In this document: piece by piece, positions 1 through 13,674 of the stretch
Layout: the number at the start of each line of letters is the position of its first letter
Position numbering within the stretch: position 1 is the stretch's first letter
Origin: Massalongia carnosa
Taxonomy: Eukaryota
Length of the DNA stretch: 64,000 bases
Direction: 5' to 3'
Assembly: GCA_965645245.1 (NCBI GenBank)
Contig: OZ287081.1
Coordinates: 868,001 to 932,000, forward strand
Notes under the pieces: generated by a model
Databases searched by the model: none
Seen by the model: only the letters and a program-made list of their open reading frames with translations
Told to the model about the DNA's origin: nothing
Translations under genes and position numbers: made by a program

Positions 1-748
1 ACCTAACCCATTGACGCCAACCTCACAACCTTCCACATCAGCAGAGGATGAACTTGAAGTAGGAGGTAATCCCGTTGATCCTTCAGCCTCACATTTAGAG
101 AACCCATCCAACGCCGCCCTGCTAAGCGATCCGCCGCCCGCTAATGTTATCGACATTCAAGAAACATTTTACTCGTCCAATATATCGGTGTCATCGCTAT
201 CTGCCTCCTCCATGTCGTTTTCCACGGATCCTGAAGACGATTCCACCTCGTCCGAAGGCTCATCCTCATCCTCATCCTCATCCTCTTCCTCCTCCACCCC
301 CGAGTCTCGCTCAACCCAACATGCTCAGCCGGATGCAGCCCCTTCACTCAATCTCCGAAAAACTAGAACTATATGCCGTAATTTTCTTCATAACGGCCGC
401 TGCCCGAAAGGGAATCGGTGCCGTTTTCGACACGAGCTTCCGGAAAGGGGAAGCCGTGCTGAGAAGAAGAGACCGGCAAAACGCGAGGGAAAGAGGCAGA
501 GGATCGGTTTGTTTCAGAGAGTGAGTGTTTCAAGGCTTGGCCCCCTTTCGTATCGTACGAGTGTTGCCGAAGGCTAACCGTCCGCGTAGCTTATGGAGCA
601 GGAGAAGCAGAAGGAGGAGGAGGAGGAGGAGGAGGCAACGCAGATGGAACAGCAAGGTCCCGAAATGGTCTCAGCGACCATGCCACTGGCTGAACATGGC
701 GCTCTGGTGGAGACGGTTAAGGAGGGAAAGGATGATACCCCAGCATGA
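1..748 (+). CDS. 3' part of a CCCH zinc-finger protein (possibly NUFIP1/Rsa1-like); 5' end lies outside the window
   Basis: C-x8-C-x5-C-x3-H motif CRNFLHNGRCPKGNRCRFRH; intron 521-589 (GTGAGT..GCTAAC..TAG) joins GLFQR to LMEQEKQKEEE; TGA 746-748. Confidence 0.65.
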
Positions 749-1054
749 CGGATTGATGGCGATGGTGGCTACCTATGCTCGTGGACCTCGGTGGCAGCCT
801 AGACTCCACAATGGCACTTCACGATTGCTTCATATACGGTTCATCTAACAGGATATACCTAGATGCTTTACATAGAACAGCGAGACAACATGGGGTGTAT
901 GGCTAGGGGGGGAGTTTCCCACGAGGTATTAGTCGCTTTACCGAAACATTCCTATACTTTTCTCGCAGCACACGAGGTGGTCGTTGCTGCAAGACAGGTT
1001 TTATTTTTATAAACAATTGAGGTAACCTTTCGTTGCATGCGGACATTGAGCGTG

Positions 1055-1173
1055 ATTGCGCCATCGTTTGGGGATCCGGGTATTGGATCCTGATTCGATC
1101 ACGTGGATGTAATTTACAGCGAGTACGGCGTAGTTATGGCGTCATGTAACAGATCCCTGTACGATGACGCCAC
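1055..1173 (+). promoter_or_regulatory. Cluster of CYS-3/MetR-type bZIP sulfur-regulator sites, plus a TCACGTG E-box
   Basis: ATGGCGTCAT 1136-1145 fits the ATGRYRYCAT consensus; near matches ATTGCGCCAT 1055-1064 and ATGACGCCAC 1164-1173; TCACGTG 1099-1105; about 400-500 bp upstream of the cystathionine gamma-lyase ATG. Confidence 0.6.
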
Positions 1174-1561
1174 ACATAAAGAGCATCTTAGTAAGCTTCA
1201 GATACTCCCCGTTGCGATGGATTTGGAATCAACTTGCGCCTTCAACTTCGATATAAATTCCCTTGTTCTTCCTTTTGTTCTTCACATGCTGCAATTCTTC
1301 ACATGTTACGGATTTGATCATAATAGCATTATATCGTGCTAGAATGACGAAATAAATACTTTCAAAAGAACTCGTTCATTTTCTCATCCTTTCTTCGTCC
1401 TCTCTTTGTCCTATCTCTCTGCATCAGTTCTAGCTTGCTTATATTTGCTTGACAGAACTATTAATTAGTCTATTGGCCAGGGTTGGCCCCAAAAGTACCC
1501 AACTAAGCTTATGCATTCAACTCTGCCTCTTAGAATTCACGAAATAAACCACCAGCCAGTC

Positions 1562-2990
1562 ATGGCGCCTGCAAGCGGCTCGATTGAGACGCCGCCACGA
1601 GCATCATCGCCTGTGCACAATTTCGGTACATTGGCGGTGCATGCTGGAAGCCCCCATGATCCTTCCACAGGTGCAGTCATTGAATCGGTAGAAATACGCA
1701 CAATTCCGGCATTTCTAACGCATCCATGGCTCACATAAATCCAGATCTCATTATCCACCACTTTTGCCCAGACCAGCGTGGGCAAGCCAGTCGGTGCATA
1801 CGAGTACACCCGAAGCTCAAACCCAAACAGGTCTGTTGGGGAACCTTTCAGGACCTAAAGCAAGGCTTGTCTGACGTCTTTGTAGAGACAATTTCGAAAA
1901 AGCAGTCGCGGCGCTTGAGCACGCCCGCTACGCCCTTGCTTTTTCATCCGGCTCCGCAACTACGGCTCTAATCTTACAATCTCTGGCCCAAGGCTCGCAC
2001 GTTGTCTCCGTCTCCGACGTCTATGGCGGCACGCACCGCTACTTCACCAAAGTCGCCGCGGCGCATGGCGTGCAAGTAACATTTTCCCCCAGCATTGAGA
2101 TCGCCATTGCCGAATTGATTCGGCCGGATGAGACGAAATTGATCTGGATCGAGAGTCCTAGCAATCCCACCTTGAGCTTGGTGGATATCCGCAAAGTAGC
2201 CACGGTGGCGCATCGTCATGGGATCATGGTCGTGGTTGACAACACCTTTCTGAGCCCCTATGTGCAGAACCCGCTCGACCATGGCGCGGATATCGTGATT
2301 CACTCCGTCACGAAATACATCAATGGCCATTCCGTAAGCTTTTTCATTCCGATTTTTTGTTCCGATCCTGGACCGCTTACTAATATGCCCAACCAGGATG
2401 TCCTCATGGGGGCCGCAGCCTTCAACTCTTCCTCCCTTCACACCCGCCTCTCCTTCCTGCAAAACGCCATCGGTGCTGTCCCTTCCCCATTCGACTGCTG
2501 GCTTGCCCATCGCGGCCTCAAAACTCTCCACCTCCGAGCGCGCGAAGCCTCCACAAACGCCACCGCCGTTGCCCACGCACTGGCCTCCTCCCCGCATGTC
2601 CTGGCCGTAAACTACCCCGGCCTAGCATCGCACCCGCAGCGCGCCATCGCGCTGAAGCAGCACCGCGACGGCATGGGCGGTGGCATGCTTTCGTTTCGCA
2701 TCAAGGGTGGCCCCTCGGCGGCGGAGCGCTTCTGCCAGGCCACGACGATCTTCACGCTGGCGGAGAGTCTTGGCGGCGTGGAGAGCCTAGTGGAGGTACC
2801 GAGCAGCATGACGCACGCGGGCATTCCGCAGGAGCAGCGCGAGGCGGCGGGCGTGTGGGATGATTTGGTGCGAGTGAGCTGCGGGATCGAGGACGGCGAG
2901 GATTTACGCAAAGATGTGTTGCAGGCACTCGAGCGGGCTGTGGTGGGGCCGAAAATCGGGAACGGGCTGGTGGTCAACGGGGTTTCTTGA
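1562..2990 (+). CDS. CYS3: Cystathionine gamma-lyase (Cys/Met metabolism PLP enzyme), 4 exons
   Basis: Motifs FGTLAVHAG, YEYTRSSNP, WIESPSNP, VDNTF, HSVTKYINGHSDV (PLP lysine) and LAESLGGVESL; introns 1688-1744, 1831-1885, 2334-2396. Confidence 0.93.
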
Positions 2991-4679
2991 GGGATTTTTG
3001 GTAAGTGGGAAGAATTTAGACGAAGGGAAAGGATAAATTAGGAGAGTTGTTTGGATATGAGGGATGGATGAACCATGTATGAAGAGAATACCTCTCGGAA
3101 ATAGAGAAAAAAAGGGGGCGGGGGGGGTTTAAAAAAAAAAAACACATTAAATCGATCAATCACAGGAAACTCTCTCGTTTCCAAGGGCCGACAAACTAGG
3201 ACTAAACCCTTCTCCACTGCACTCCATCCCTCCCATCCCATCTCCCTCCCTCCCTCTTTCTTTCTCCCTTCCATCTAAACAACCCCCTCCCCCCTTTCTG
3301 GCAATCTTTTAACCTCTTTCCTGTCCCCACCCCAGGTTTTCCCAGGTTCTCCTACTTGAATAAACCAAACCAAACCAAAACCCAACAAAACTCCTCCTCT
3401 TCCTGCGATTTCGGGTAGACAGGTCTTTATATACACGTAGATAGATAGATAGATAGAGAAGCAACCCCCCCCCCCGCGTCGATTTCCCCGTGTTGAATAT
3501 CCAATTCCTACCAGCACAATGAACACCTATCAGTTCAATGAACATAGCACCTACGGCTGCCCTAGATTGACAGATGATCTACGGAAACCGTAGATGCCGC
3601 ATTAGGCTTAGTCCCAAGATAAGATAAGATCACCTCGCTTAGAAGGGTGACCAGTAATAGGAAAAGATTGCTGCATAGCAACTCTTCATCCTTAACATCA
3701 CGGTTATACATACCTTTATTATTACATAGCCATATAGCCATAGTCATATACCTATTTCAACACCCCGTGACTGTACTTGTTGGACATGAGGAAATTTTTT
3801 GGACGTTGAGGGATGGGATATGTAGGTACTGTAGATAATGCAGATATACATTCGCGCGCGCCCCCGGCGATAGTTGTTGTTTCGTTTCCCCCTTGGGGGG
3901 TTGGGGGGAGTTGTACCCTACAGATAAATCCCACATACCTATCTATCTAAATCCACACATCCAAACGTGAATGGAAGCACGTGAAAAAAATGGGTGGATA
4001 GGGAAACACGAATGGAAAGGAGAAAGGAAAAAGCGAATTGGGAAGAAGAAGAAGTCGAGAAAAAAATAATCATTTCATTATGTTTAATCTTACCACCGGA
4101 ATGACCTTTTAAAGAACATCTAATTTTGATCATGATTGAAGAAAAGAGCCTTTGGGAGTGTATTAGGAAGATATTCGGTATGGTACATAGAGAAGCTTGT
4201 CGCACGCGCGCGCAAGAGAAATAACTTTTGTGCGCTTGCGCAGCTGTATTTATGGCTGTTTTGGCTGATTGGACCGATAGACCCGACAGACCGACAGCAG
4301 AGGAGGAGGAGAGAAGTGGGAAGAGAAGAGAAAGGAAGAACGAGGCAAGCCGCTGCGGTGAACCCCCTCCCCCCCCTCCCTGCGTCTGGGCTGCCCTTTC
4401 TTGGAAATCCTAATCCCAGCCATGACCACATCCAGAAGTTTGACGGGGGAGGGGAGGAATACATGTATTTTGTCGAAATGTCCACAGGAGAAAATAGCCT
4501 GCCAAGCGACGGGACGTCCCGGGCGATTCCTTGACGCCTTCCCTAAATCCGAATTTCTCGTTATTACGTCCCTGAACTGCCCACATAACCTCGCGCCTAT
4601 TGTTCCTGTTTTCGTAGATATCGTTCACCTGGCGCCGACTCTAAAGAGAGAAAAAGAAGAAGAAGAAGGGAATGCCTAG

Positions 4680-7103
4680 TTAAGCGCCGATCCGATCCAC
4701 TTGTCCCGTCAAAGGCCCACGGTTTGGTACAGAAGGATGATGATATTGAAGCGGAGGAGACGGGCGCGAAGCAAGGAGCGATTCCTCGGCTTTAATGATG
4801 GAGTACCGCACCGGGGTAGAAGGAGGAACGCTGACTGTAGAGGTCAAAGCGGAAGGATCAGCGTTCAGTGATAGCTTTGCTGGAACGTCTGGGATCAGCC
4901 GACTTTTTTGCGAGCGGCTTCTTGATGCTGACGATGGGCGGGATCGAAAGAATACGCCAAGACCGTTACCTTTGGCTTTTCCAATCGGCACAGCCTCTTG
5001 GACGGAGGGTGCGGCCACGGTGCCATTAGTCGAAGCTCTCTGCCCTTTACCAAGCATGACAGCAACTGAGTCCTTGACCGTCAGATTAGGAAGATCGTCC
5101 CCCAGTCTCCTTGCCCTTTCTCCAGGGTTGGGTGTAGGGGTCGAAGACGTTGGTCTGGAATAAGGTCTGGTCAGTTCGATAACTCGTCTTTGTGCTATCG
5201 GGGCGGATGATGGAGTGTCGGATCTGGATATTCCGGAATTTTGACGTAAAATGTGATGGTTCTGATGTGCAGGATGTTGAGGATTTGCCCATGGGTTTTG
5301 CTCTAGGAATTGTTCCTCGGCTGCAGGCTTTTGCCATGAAAACCCAGCTGCAGCGAGGCTGGTACGTACAAGGGGTTGCTGGTTCTTCGTACGTGATGCT
5401 GGAGGCGCGGTAATCTGTATGATATACTGATCAGTAACATCCTCCGAGGGGAGTAGTCGCGAATCAATTCTTACACCCATGCTCTGTAGATCATCCTCAA
5501 TCTCACTCGCCTTGAGAGCGGAGAGTTCTGGCGCAGCAGGAAAGCCAACATGCTTCGCAACACCCGAGAGAATAGATACTTCGGCGTTGTAGGCCGTTTG
5601 ATTGGCTATTTGCTGCGATCTTTTTGTGGGGAAATTGTATGTGTAATCCGGAACCTCCCCTTCGACATTGCGCCTCTCCTTTTGTAGTTGGTAAGACTCT
5701 TCGTTAAGCTTTTCCAAGCTCCTCTCTCGAATATCTCGAGTAGTCTGCATGTACTGCGCATGAACCTGGGCCTTTTCCGCGGTGCTCGTCCTTTGGAGAG
5801 TCATAAGCTTATATTTCAGTAACGTCTGCTCATACTCGATTTTCTCATCCCGGCGGCGATCAATCACTCTCATCATGGCCAAAAATTCTGGATGGGTAGG
5901 ATTGGGCTGATCTAACATCACGAGCTCCTCATTATACTGCGCAAGTTTGTCTTTGAAAAGCCTAGGCACAGGTTCAGCGCAAGAAAGACACAGGGCTCTA
6001 AATATAGAATACAGACCTGTCTCTAAGGCTCGCAAAACATTTCTCGATTGCACTTAACGAATCCATGGCGGACTTCTTCTTGAACACTGTATCTGGTCAG
6101 CCCAAAGTATCGCAACAGAGGCCATAAAGCCACTCACGTCCTTCCTCGTTTCTAGCATTCAGGTCAATCTCTCCGTCCTCGCCAGCATCGTCTATTTCAG
6201 CCTCGTCCCCATTGCTATATTCCGTCTCCGCAGCGCCCGCATGGCCAATCTGAGCTCCAATATCGAGATTTACCACAGCCAACGCTGTAGGACCTTCGTC
6301 CTTGACCTTCTTACTTTTCCGCTTGCCCTTCTTGCTTTTCTGTTTCGCCAACGAAGTGTGTCCAGTAGTCCGAGCATCCCCGTCGTGCGCCGGAAGTATT
6401 TTACTCCCGCTTCTAGATTTCCGCATCTCATCTAATGTGTAAGGCACCGGGTGCTTGACATCCAAGGTGATTGGTTGGTTAACGGGTTCGCGTTCCGGTT
6501 GGGTTGGGTGCTCCACTCTGGGCTTGGTTTCACGATGCCCACCTATTAAGCTATCTTTTTCAGGAGTGGGCCGTTTCCGCTTTCTGGAAGATGGACTCAA
6601 TGAAGTCATCGCTTTGCTTATCTCTTCGCCAGAGTCTGCAAGGGACGACATTTCGGATAGTTGATCTAATCTCTCACCATCAAAGCCTGGGTCGTGTAAA
6701 AATTTAGCAGTGGAAAGATGCGCTTGGAATAGGCCGGCTCACCCGTATTGGAATCGCTGATAGGTAGATCACGGATTGTCAATGGACTTGTACCATTACT
6801 CAAAATATGGGTGGACGATTCCAAAACCACGTTTTTGTTCCTGCGGGTCTTTTGAGGCGAGTCATCCAAGCGTTCCGTTTCTGCCTCTGTGTCATTCACT
6901 TCTGAAATCTCAGTAGGTTCAAGGTGAGTAGATGTTAAATCATCATTGCCCACGCGATCGCCGATCTCGCTCAAGCTGCTCGATCGATCATCCCCTTCTG
7001 GAGTCAGAGATCGAGGGTTATGAATGCCATTGGCAAGCTCTGAAGAGGTCGGTAAAGGTTCTGAGTTGATTTCGATCGGTGGTGGGGATAGTGTCGACGT
7101 CAT
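4680..7103 (-). CDS. DEP1: Sds3-family Rpd3L/Sin3 HDAC complex subunit, Dep1-like; multi-exon
   Basis: N-terminal SSSLSEI..NDTEAETERL; spliced KKSAMDSLSAIEKCFASLRDRLFKDKL..HPEFL coiled coil; AYNAEVSILSGVAKHVGFPAAP; GT-AG introns link ORFs 6666-7103, 6097-6651 and 4680-6053. Confidence 0.75.
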
Positions 7104-8076
7104 TATAGTATGAGTGATGTTGAGAGGAAGGTTGGGATAGTATGTCTACCACATGAGGGGTCGCCCCAGCATGGGAAATGTATCGTGAAGTTGGTGAACG
7201 GCTGCGATGAGCTTGTATAGGTTAGCAGAAGGTTGATGTAGCCATGCGATTCTAAGGTGTTCGTGAAAGGCCTTGTAGACTTAACAACACGCCAGTGTTG
7301 ACGCTCGGAGTCGCAGGACTGTTTGGAAGGATCTGAAATGGCTGGGTAAAGATCTAAGGCGATTCTGCGAAATTACAATGGTGTAAGGAATGGGGAGCAA
7401 CGCTCAGTTTGAGAGACTGAAAGAGCAGTTGATCGTGGATTGTGTGGGGGGGAAGAAATCTGGGGCGGCGTCGTAGATTGAGTCTTCGATGCAGCGGGCA
7501 GAGTTGGGTGCACCAAGTGGCAGAGTGACGAGGGGAGAGGAAGTGGCTGGAGACCAGCGATGGTGGTGAAGAAGCTTTTGGCACCGGGTTTTTTTAAGTC
7601 GAAGGTCAATAGGTACGAAGGTTGGCTCATTCTGGGTAAGAGATCGACAATAAACGGCCGATTGACGCTTTCTTGATTGACTCTTTTGGGTCACAGTATC
7701 TTTCACATGAGCACAAGGACATAATGTGCACAAGTGCGTAACTTGTGACTTTCGGTTTCCCCTACTCGCGGAGCACCGGGCCTAGAGTGCCTCCATATCA
7801 GATCGATCATCCCTGCTAATCGGATGGATAAGACGGCGATTGCCATCGGTAGACGGGCCTTTGGAGCCGATAATCAGTGAAGTTAATTGGGCACGTTTAG
7901 GGTACCTGACATCCGGTACATTGTGCCATTCAGAAGAAATGAAGAAAAAAATTCCATGAATGATAACGTTGCGATACAAATCGTCAACTGTTCATACTCA
8001 AAATCAGCTACATCCTGGTGAGGGAAATCATCAGTCTGTGAAACAATAACCAGCAAAATTTCAACGACCTCCGGTC

Positions 8077-9844
8077 ATGAAGAAATCCAAGGCAGATAGA
8101 GAAGATGCTGTGGATGGTGCGGACAAACGTCCGTCTGCCAGCTCTTCGCAGGCTTTTGATCCAGCATTAGCTGCGTTGTTTGCGTCAAGTGTTGGTCTTG
8201 GAGATTCATGTTGATCAACTAATGATACTGAATGATTGCTATAGTTTGGCCCTGTAAAATCATTGCTCGACAGTGACACAGCAATCCTGGGACTACTACC
8301 AGACGTCGCTACGGGCAATATCACGCGTCATGTTTTATCGAAACAGAACGAAGAGGAACAATTAACCTCTAAATCCGCGGCCACAACCCCGAGAGCTACC
8401 TTGCAAGAAAGCAGTACCGATGTTTCAAGCTCGGACCGTGAGGTCTTCGAGTCCCGAAGCTGGAAACGAAAGCGTAATCGAACTGATGATGACGTTGAAG
8501 GTAGGTATATCCAGCGTCTAGGGCAAGAAGAAGCCAAAGAAGAAGCGAAGCGCCAGGGAGCAGGAGCTATTAAGCGTCAGAGGCAGGAGAAGGAGATCAA
8601 TTCCCCTTTGCTAGATACTACCCTTGATAGTGGGGAGACTCATCAACTAGTTGAAAAAGAAATCCCGGGTCCTAACATGCCACAACATGAAAGTCAAACC
8701 CCCTCTGGGAAAGAAATCGAGTTAGAAAAGGCATCAAGGACGGTTTTCTTATCCAATGTGTCTACGGCAGCTATCAAATCTAAGCATGGTCGCAAAACTT
8801 TAGCTGACCATCTTGGCTCTTTCCTACCCGCTCTTCAAGAACGAGGTACTCCTCACAAGATCGAGTCACTCCGCTTTCGATCCACGGCTTTCTCTAGCAA
8901 CGGGCTACCGAGGAAGGCGGCTTACGCAAAGAAAGAGCTCATGGATTCTACTACTAAAAGTACTAATGCCTATGTTGTATATACTACGCACCTAGCCGCC
9001 AAAGAAGCTGTGAATAGACTGAATGGTACCGTGGTTCTTGATCGCCATTTGCGGGTGGACGGGGTCGCCCATCCGGCAAAGATTGATCACCGGAGATGTG
9101 TTTTTGTGGGCAACCTTAGTTTTGTAGATGACGAAACCGCGATCAATACTGCACAAGATGAAGAAAACAACAAACCGGTCCGAAAAGGTAAAGAGCCTGC
9201 GGATGCAGAAGAAGGTCTGTGGAGGCAATTTAGCAAAGCCGGGGTGGTGGAGAGCGTTAGAGTGATAAGGGATAAGACTACGCGAGTAGGTAAAGGTTTC
9301 GCCTACGTTCAGTTTCAGGTATTAGAATCTATCTTATACATGGGCTGCGGGAAATGATTCTAATAGCGTACAGGATGTGAATGCGGTGGAGAAAGCATTA
9401 TTATATCATGAGAAGAAGTTTCCGCCTATGCTCCCTCGGATGTTAAGAGTCACAAGGGCAAAGTCCTTCCAGACTTCCAACAAGCACAGTCGTCGAACCC
9501 CACAAAAGGAGGGCGTTTCCCCCAGCTCAGCACGGGGATATAAGCCCAACCCTTCATCAGAGGTCCAAACATTATCTGGTCGTGCGAGCAAATTGCTGGG
9601 TCGTGCAGGAGCTGCCCAGCTCAAAGGGTTGGAAAGTTTAAACCGTGCTTCGACGGCGAAGATTGGTGGAATCTCAAAGACGCCAGAATCGAAGGTGTTT
9701 GAAGGCTACAGAGCAAGTATAACTCAGAAGAAAGGTGGAGTGAAGATGGAGGGTTCGGGAAAGAAACAGGGAAAACCGCGGACCCGTAGCAGCAAAAGGG
9801 GTTCTGCGTTCAAAGCATCTGGGGGGAAAAGGAATAGAACATGA
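8077..9844 (+). CDS. NOP12: Nucleolar protein 12 (two RRM domains)
   Basis: FDPALAALFASS start; RTVFLSNV, IESLRFRSTAF, NAYVVY, RCVFVGNL, VESVRVIRD..GKGFAYVQF; introns near 8190-8243 and 9319-9373. Confidence 0.9.
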
Positions 9845-11006
9845 ACGCTTTAGACACTTCAAAATACATTTCTCCCTCCAATGATATAGCCATATTGTCC
9901 TCTAGAACCTTACCAGCTACATTTTTTGGACCGACCAAACTAACTGATGGATTCTTGTCTGGTGACATATTACGCTGCAGCGTTTTCAGAGCTGATGTCA
10001 AACCTTAACCTGACAATCACCTTCTCACCAGCGTACCAGCAAAGCTTCACCGTTTCCCCTTCCTGACATGCACCTCCTTGTCAACCGGGGAACCCCATCA
10101 TGGTATGATATAGCTAGCCCCCTCTACTCCGCGTCTTTGCATGGCTGTCCTCGTTGACAGCCATCGCCTTAAGAACCCTTTTAACCGGCTATTTCCAAAA
10201 GGCCTATTACTTCATCCTCTGTCATGCAAACAACCAGTCTTCTGAAGAGTCTCGGGGTTTGCGATCGATTGCCATTCACAGCACTTCTGCTGACATGTGT
10301 GTGCTTCAAGTTTTGTGGAACCGATATGATGTATATCGTGTAACAGATACTTGAAATCATGACATGTTCCTGCAGAAGTCACTCTCCACCAAATGCAGTC
10401 TCGCGTCTTCCCATACGTCAAACGGTCGTAGCGCCGGCCGCTAACGTAGCGCCGGAATTTCCCTTGGAATCTCGAACAGCGTACTGTACTCTGTACTCCG
10501 TTGTTTCAGGAACAGTGTCGCGCTGTGCCCTATGTTCACCCTTCTACCTTTTCATACCTACCATCTCCAAGCGTCGATTAAAATATTTCCTATACTTAAT
10601 GACAGTATCGGTCATCATAGGATGGTCTTGTTGCATCATCGGCTCTCAAGTTCATGATCTCTACAAGAAAGAACCCTCCGTTGACGCTGCATCTGTCGGT
10701 TAGTTACAATCATCAGCTTGGGCAGTTCACCACGTTTTCGCCCTAACACACCTTAAAGCGTAAGCTTCACCACTACATACGAAATGAAACCACGTCAAGT
10801 TAGCCCTCAGCCTGAATTAGTGCGAATGAGGGCCTTTAAGCTTGAGACGGGCAACGGTATGCATTCTCCTTCAATCGCGAACTCATCATGTCAAAACGAT
10901 TAAGCAGGTTGGCCACAAGTTGTGGCCCGTTCAAAAATCTCTTGCTAAATCCACGATCTCTACAGAACCCCCTCGCATCCAAATCAACGAGCTCTTCTCC
11001 CCTAGC

Positions 11007-12006
11007 ATGAACCTTACTAGCTTTGGCAGCTTCATGTCCGAGGCCGACACACCAACCAACCAGAACGGTGAGTCTGCTGGAATCCCATGGACCATTGTAT
11101 TAGCACTAAGGCTGTTCAGCTCTTCTTTATTGTGCACTATCGCTGACTTCGCCTTGCACAACTTCAGATTCGGCGCTTCAGCGCACACCGTCGCGGCCAG
11201 CGTCTCAGCGAGAGACGTCGCCGAGCGAGTCTAACAGCTCGCCATGGTCCGCTGCAGTTGGCCGGGCGACCAGCGGCAAATCTGGTCGGGTGATCGAGCG
11301 GTTGATGGGAGACATCGACCGGCTCCAGCGAGAGAAGACCCTCGCGTGCGCCAAGTACGACGAGGAGCTCAAACGGAGCGAGTCGGCAAGATCAGCCATG
11401 GAATCATTGCAGGTCTCGAACGACAACCTACTCGCCATGCACGAGACAAACAAGAGCCTTCTGTCAAGGAAAGAGAGGAAAATCGAGGAACTCAAGGATG
11501 AGCTCGACAACGAAAGGGCCAAGCGGGAGCATGCGGAGACCGAAACAAAACGTACACGAGTTGAGCGAGACGAAATCGTTGCAAAACTCATGCGGGAGAA
11601 CGCGGAGGAGAAAGAGCTCTCAAGGCGATCAACCACCCAATACGATGTTCTCTCAAAGTCATGGAAAGGGCTCGAGGAGAGGTACGTTCGGCAAACAGTC
11701 CAGCTCAAGGGGTCGGTTCAGTCACTACGGGACGAGATGGCAGCAGACAAGCAGAAGCTCGCGCAGCTCGATATCATCATGGAGCAGTTAAAGCAGGAGG
11801 GCGAAAAGATCAGAAAGGCGAAGGATAGTCTGGCTCGGGAGTTCGAAGCCTACAAGACGGAACAGGTTCAGGGCGTTCGGGCGATGAGGGAGAGGGCCGA
11901 ACGGAACGAAGCGGCCAACGACCGAATCATGGAGGACGTCACGACTGTGCTGGGCGAGATGAAGTACGTGGTCAACGTCCAGAAGGACGTTCGAAATCCG
12001 GGGTAG
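11007..12006 (+). CDS. Coiled-coil protein of a conserved Pezizomycotina family (often labelled She3-like); start uncertain
   Basis: SPWSAAVGRATSGKSGRVIERLMGDIDRL followed by long heptad repeats; intron 11068-11119 joins the frames. Confidence 0.6.
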
Positions 12007-12640
12007 GGAAATCCCCCAGGACGGGGTAATGGACGGGGCCACATTTGCTTGCTGGAGTTTACACGGGATAACAGATACCCTTTGCTTTGCATGGCAACCG
12101 GCGCACGTAAGACGCATTTACAGGAGTCCGCTAGAGTCGCGTGTTCATTCCTTTCTTCCATCCCTCGATGTCTGGTACTTTCCTTTCGTGGTCAGGAATT
12201 TTTTTTTGTTTCCACGGTATTTATTTGTAATAGTACCCATGGCTCTTGGCGATAGACTTTCCGATACTAGGTCTGTACGGTGGTCCCTTGGGATTTTGGC
12301 CAGTCGGCTTGTCACGTTTTCGGTGATCGTGTCTGGAGGTATTCTATCTACTTATTCTATATCTTTGCTCTGGACCATGGAAGGGAATTTGCCTGTCGGT
12401 CCTCTGTGCAGTCAGCCAGCATAGATACCTCAAGCGAGACATGTACAACATAATGGAATTAAGCGGGAGCAGTAAGTCCCCTGTTGTTGTTGTTGTTGAC
12501 TTTGCCGACCTCTCCATCCATCTACAGAGTATTCATTCATTCACTCCTATCTAACCTCCCTCGACTTCCCTTCTCTTCCCATCCATTCTTAACCCACCTG
12601 CCCACTTTCTAGACTTTCCAACACGTAGTGAATCCCGTCA

Positions 12641-12690
12641 TAGGTAGGTGAGTAGGTGGGTAGGTAGGTAGGTAGGTAGGTAGGTAGGTA
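12641..12690 (+). repeat. (TAGG)n microsatellite
   Basis: About 12 mostly perfect TAGG units. Confidence 0.9.
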
Positions 12691-13674
12691 TTCACAAAGA
12701 TAGATGAGTCTAATAAAAAGCTCAGAACTGCACGTGCGATAGATAAACGTAGAAATAGAGAGAACCTTGGCAAAAAAAAAAAAAGGGTACATGCCCTGAC
12801 TAGTTCCCCCATTGTGTGGCTGAACTAACCACAGTACCTTGTGACCTCCTAGATATCTACTTTACACAGTACTTACCAGCTAACTAACTAATCCAGCCTA
12901 ACCCTAACTCAGTCTAACCCAGCCGGTGAGAAAAGCCACACCCACACCCACACGTACGCACACCGACCAAAGACAAAGAAACAGACAAGACCCGCTCCCC
13001 TGGAAAAAAGGGTTGACCGCTTGGTCGCTCGACAAACCCAGTCCCACCAAGCCACATGTTCGTGCCGCCGGTTTGGCGTCTAAAATCCGGGGGATGGAAG
13101 GGGGCCACGTGATTACATAAGTATAAACGAGAAAGGAGGAAGGAAAGGAACGGAGAAAGGTAGGTACCATGTAGGCTAGTTGGACTTCACAGGCCTCCCT
13201 TTGCGACCAAACAAAAGATCAGATTATCGATGAAGAAGGAGCCATCGGATTAATCGGATTGTTCCGATCACTTCACTGGCTTTCCTGTGCTCATTCACTC
13301 TTTTCTGCCCAACTGGTCTCGGTCCGAACCTTCCCTTCTCTGCACTTTTGTGCTAAAAGGATGTAAACACAAGGGAAAGACCTCACTTGTTTTCCTTTTC
13401 TTTCACAGTCACCACAATCGCCACCATCACCTCTTGCAACCTTTTCAACCCTTCAGCTTCAGAACCCCCGTTTTGCACCGTTTGCACCTAGAGTTCCCTC
13501 CCACACGAGCACCTTCACCTTTTTCACTGTCGTCCCCCATCTTCATCTTCTGCACTTCCAACACCAATTGTTCCCCAGCTGTCACCCCATACTCAATCAC
13601 CTGGACTGGCAGCAGCATTTGGACGCCTAGTACGCTCAAGTCATCACTGGAGTGCAATACCGCTGCCTTTCATC

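Noticed and set aside
1974..2977. Long antisense ORFs, here and at 32626-33333, 37432-37875 and 40926-41429
   Set aside because: Shadows of GC-rich codon usage in real genes on the opposite strand
3038..4679. Short ORFs between CYS3 and DEP1
   Set aside because: Low-complexity, homopolymer-rich 3' spacer with no coding signature
7204..7213. PAC-like GCGATGAG motif in the DEP1/NOP12 divergent region
   Set aside because: Single short hit ~870 bp from the NOP12 ATG; cannot be told from chance
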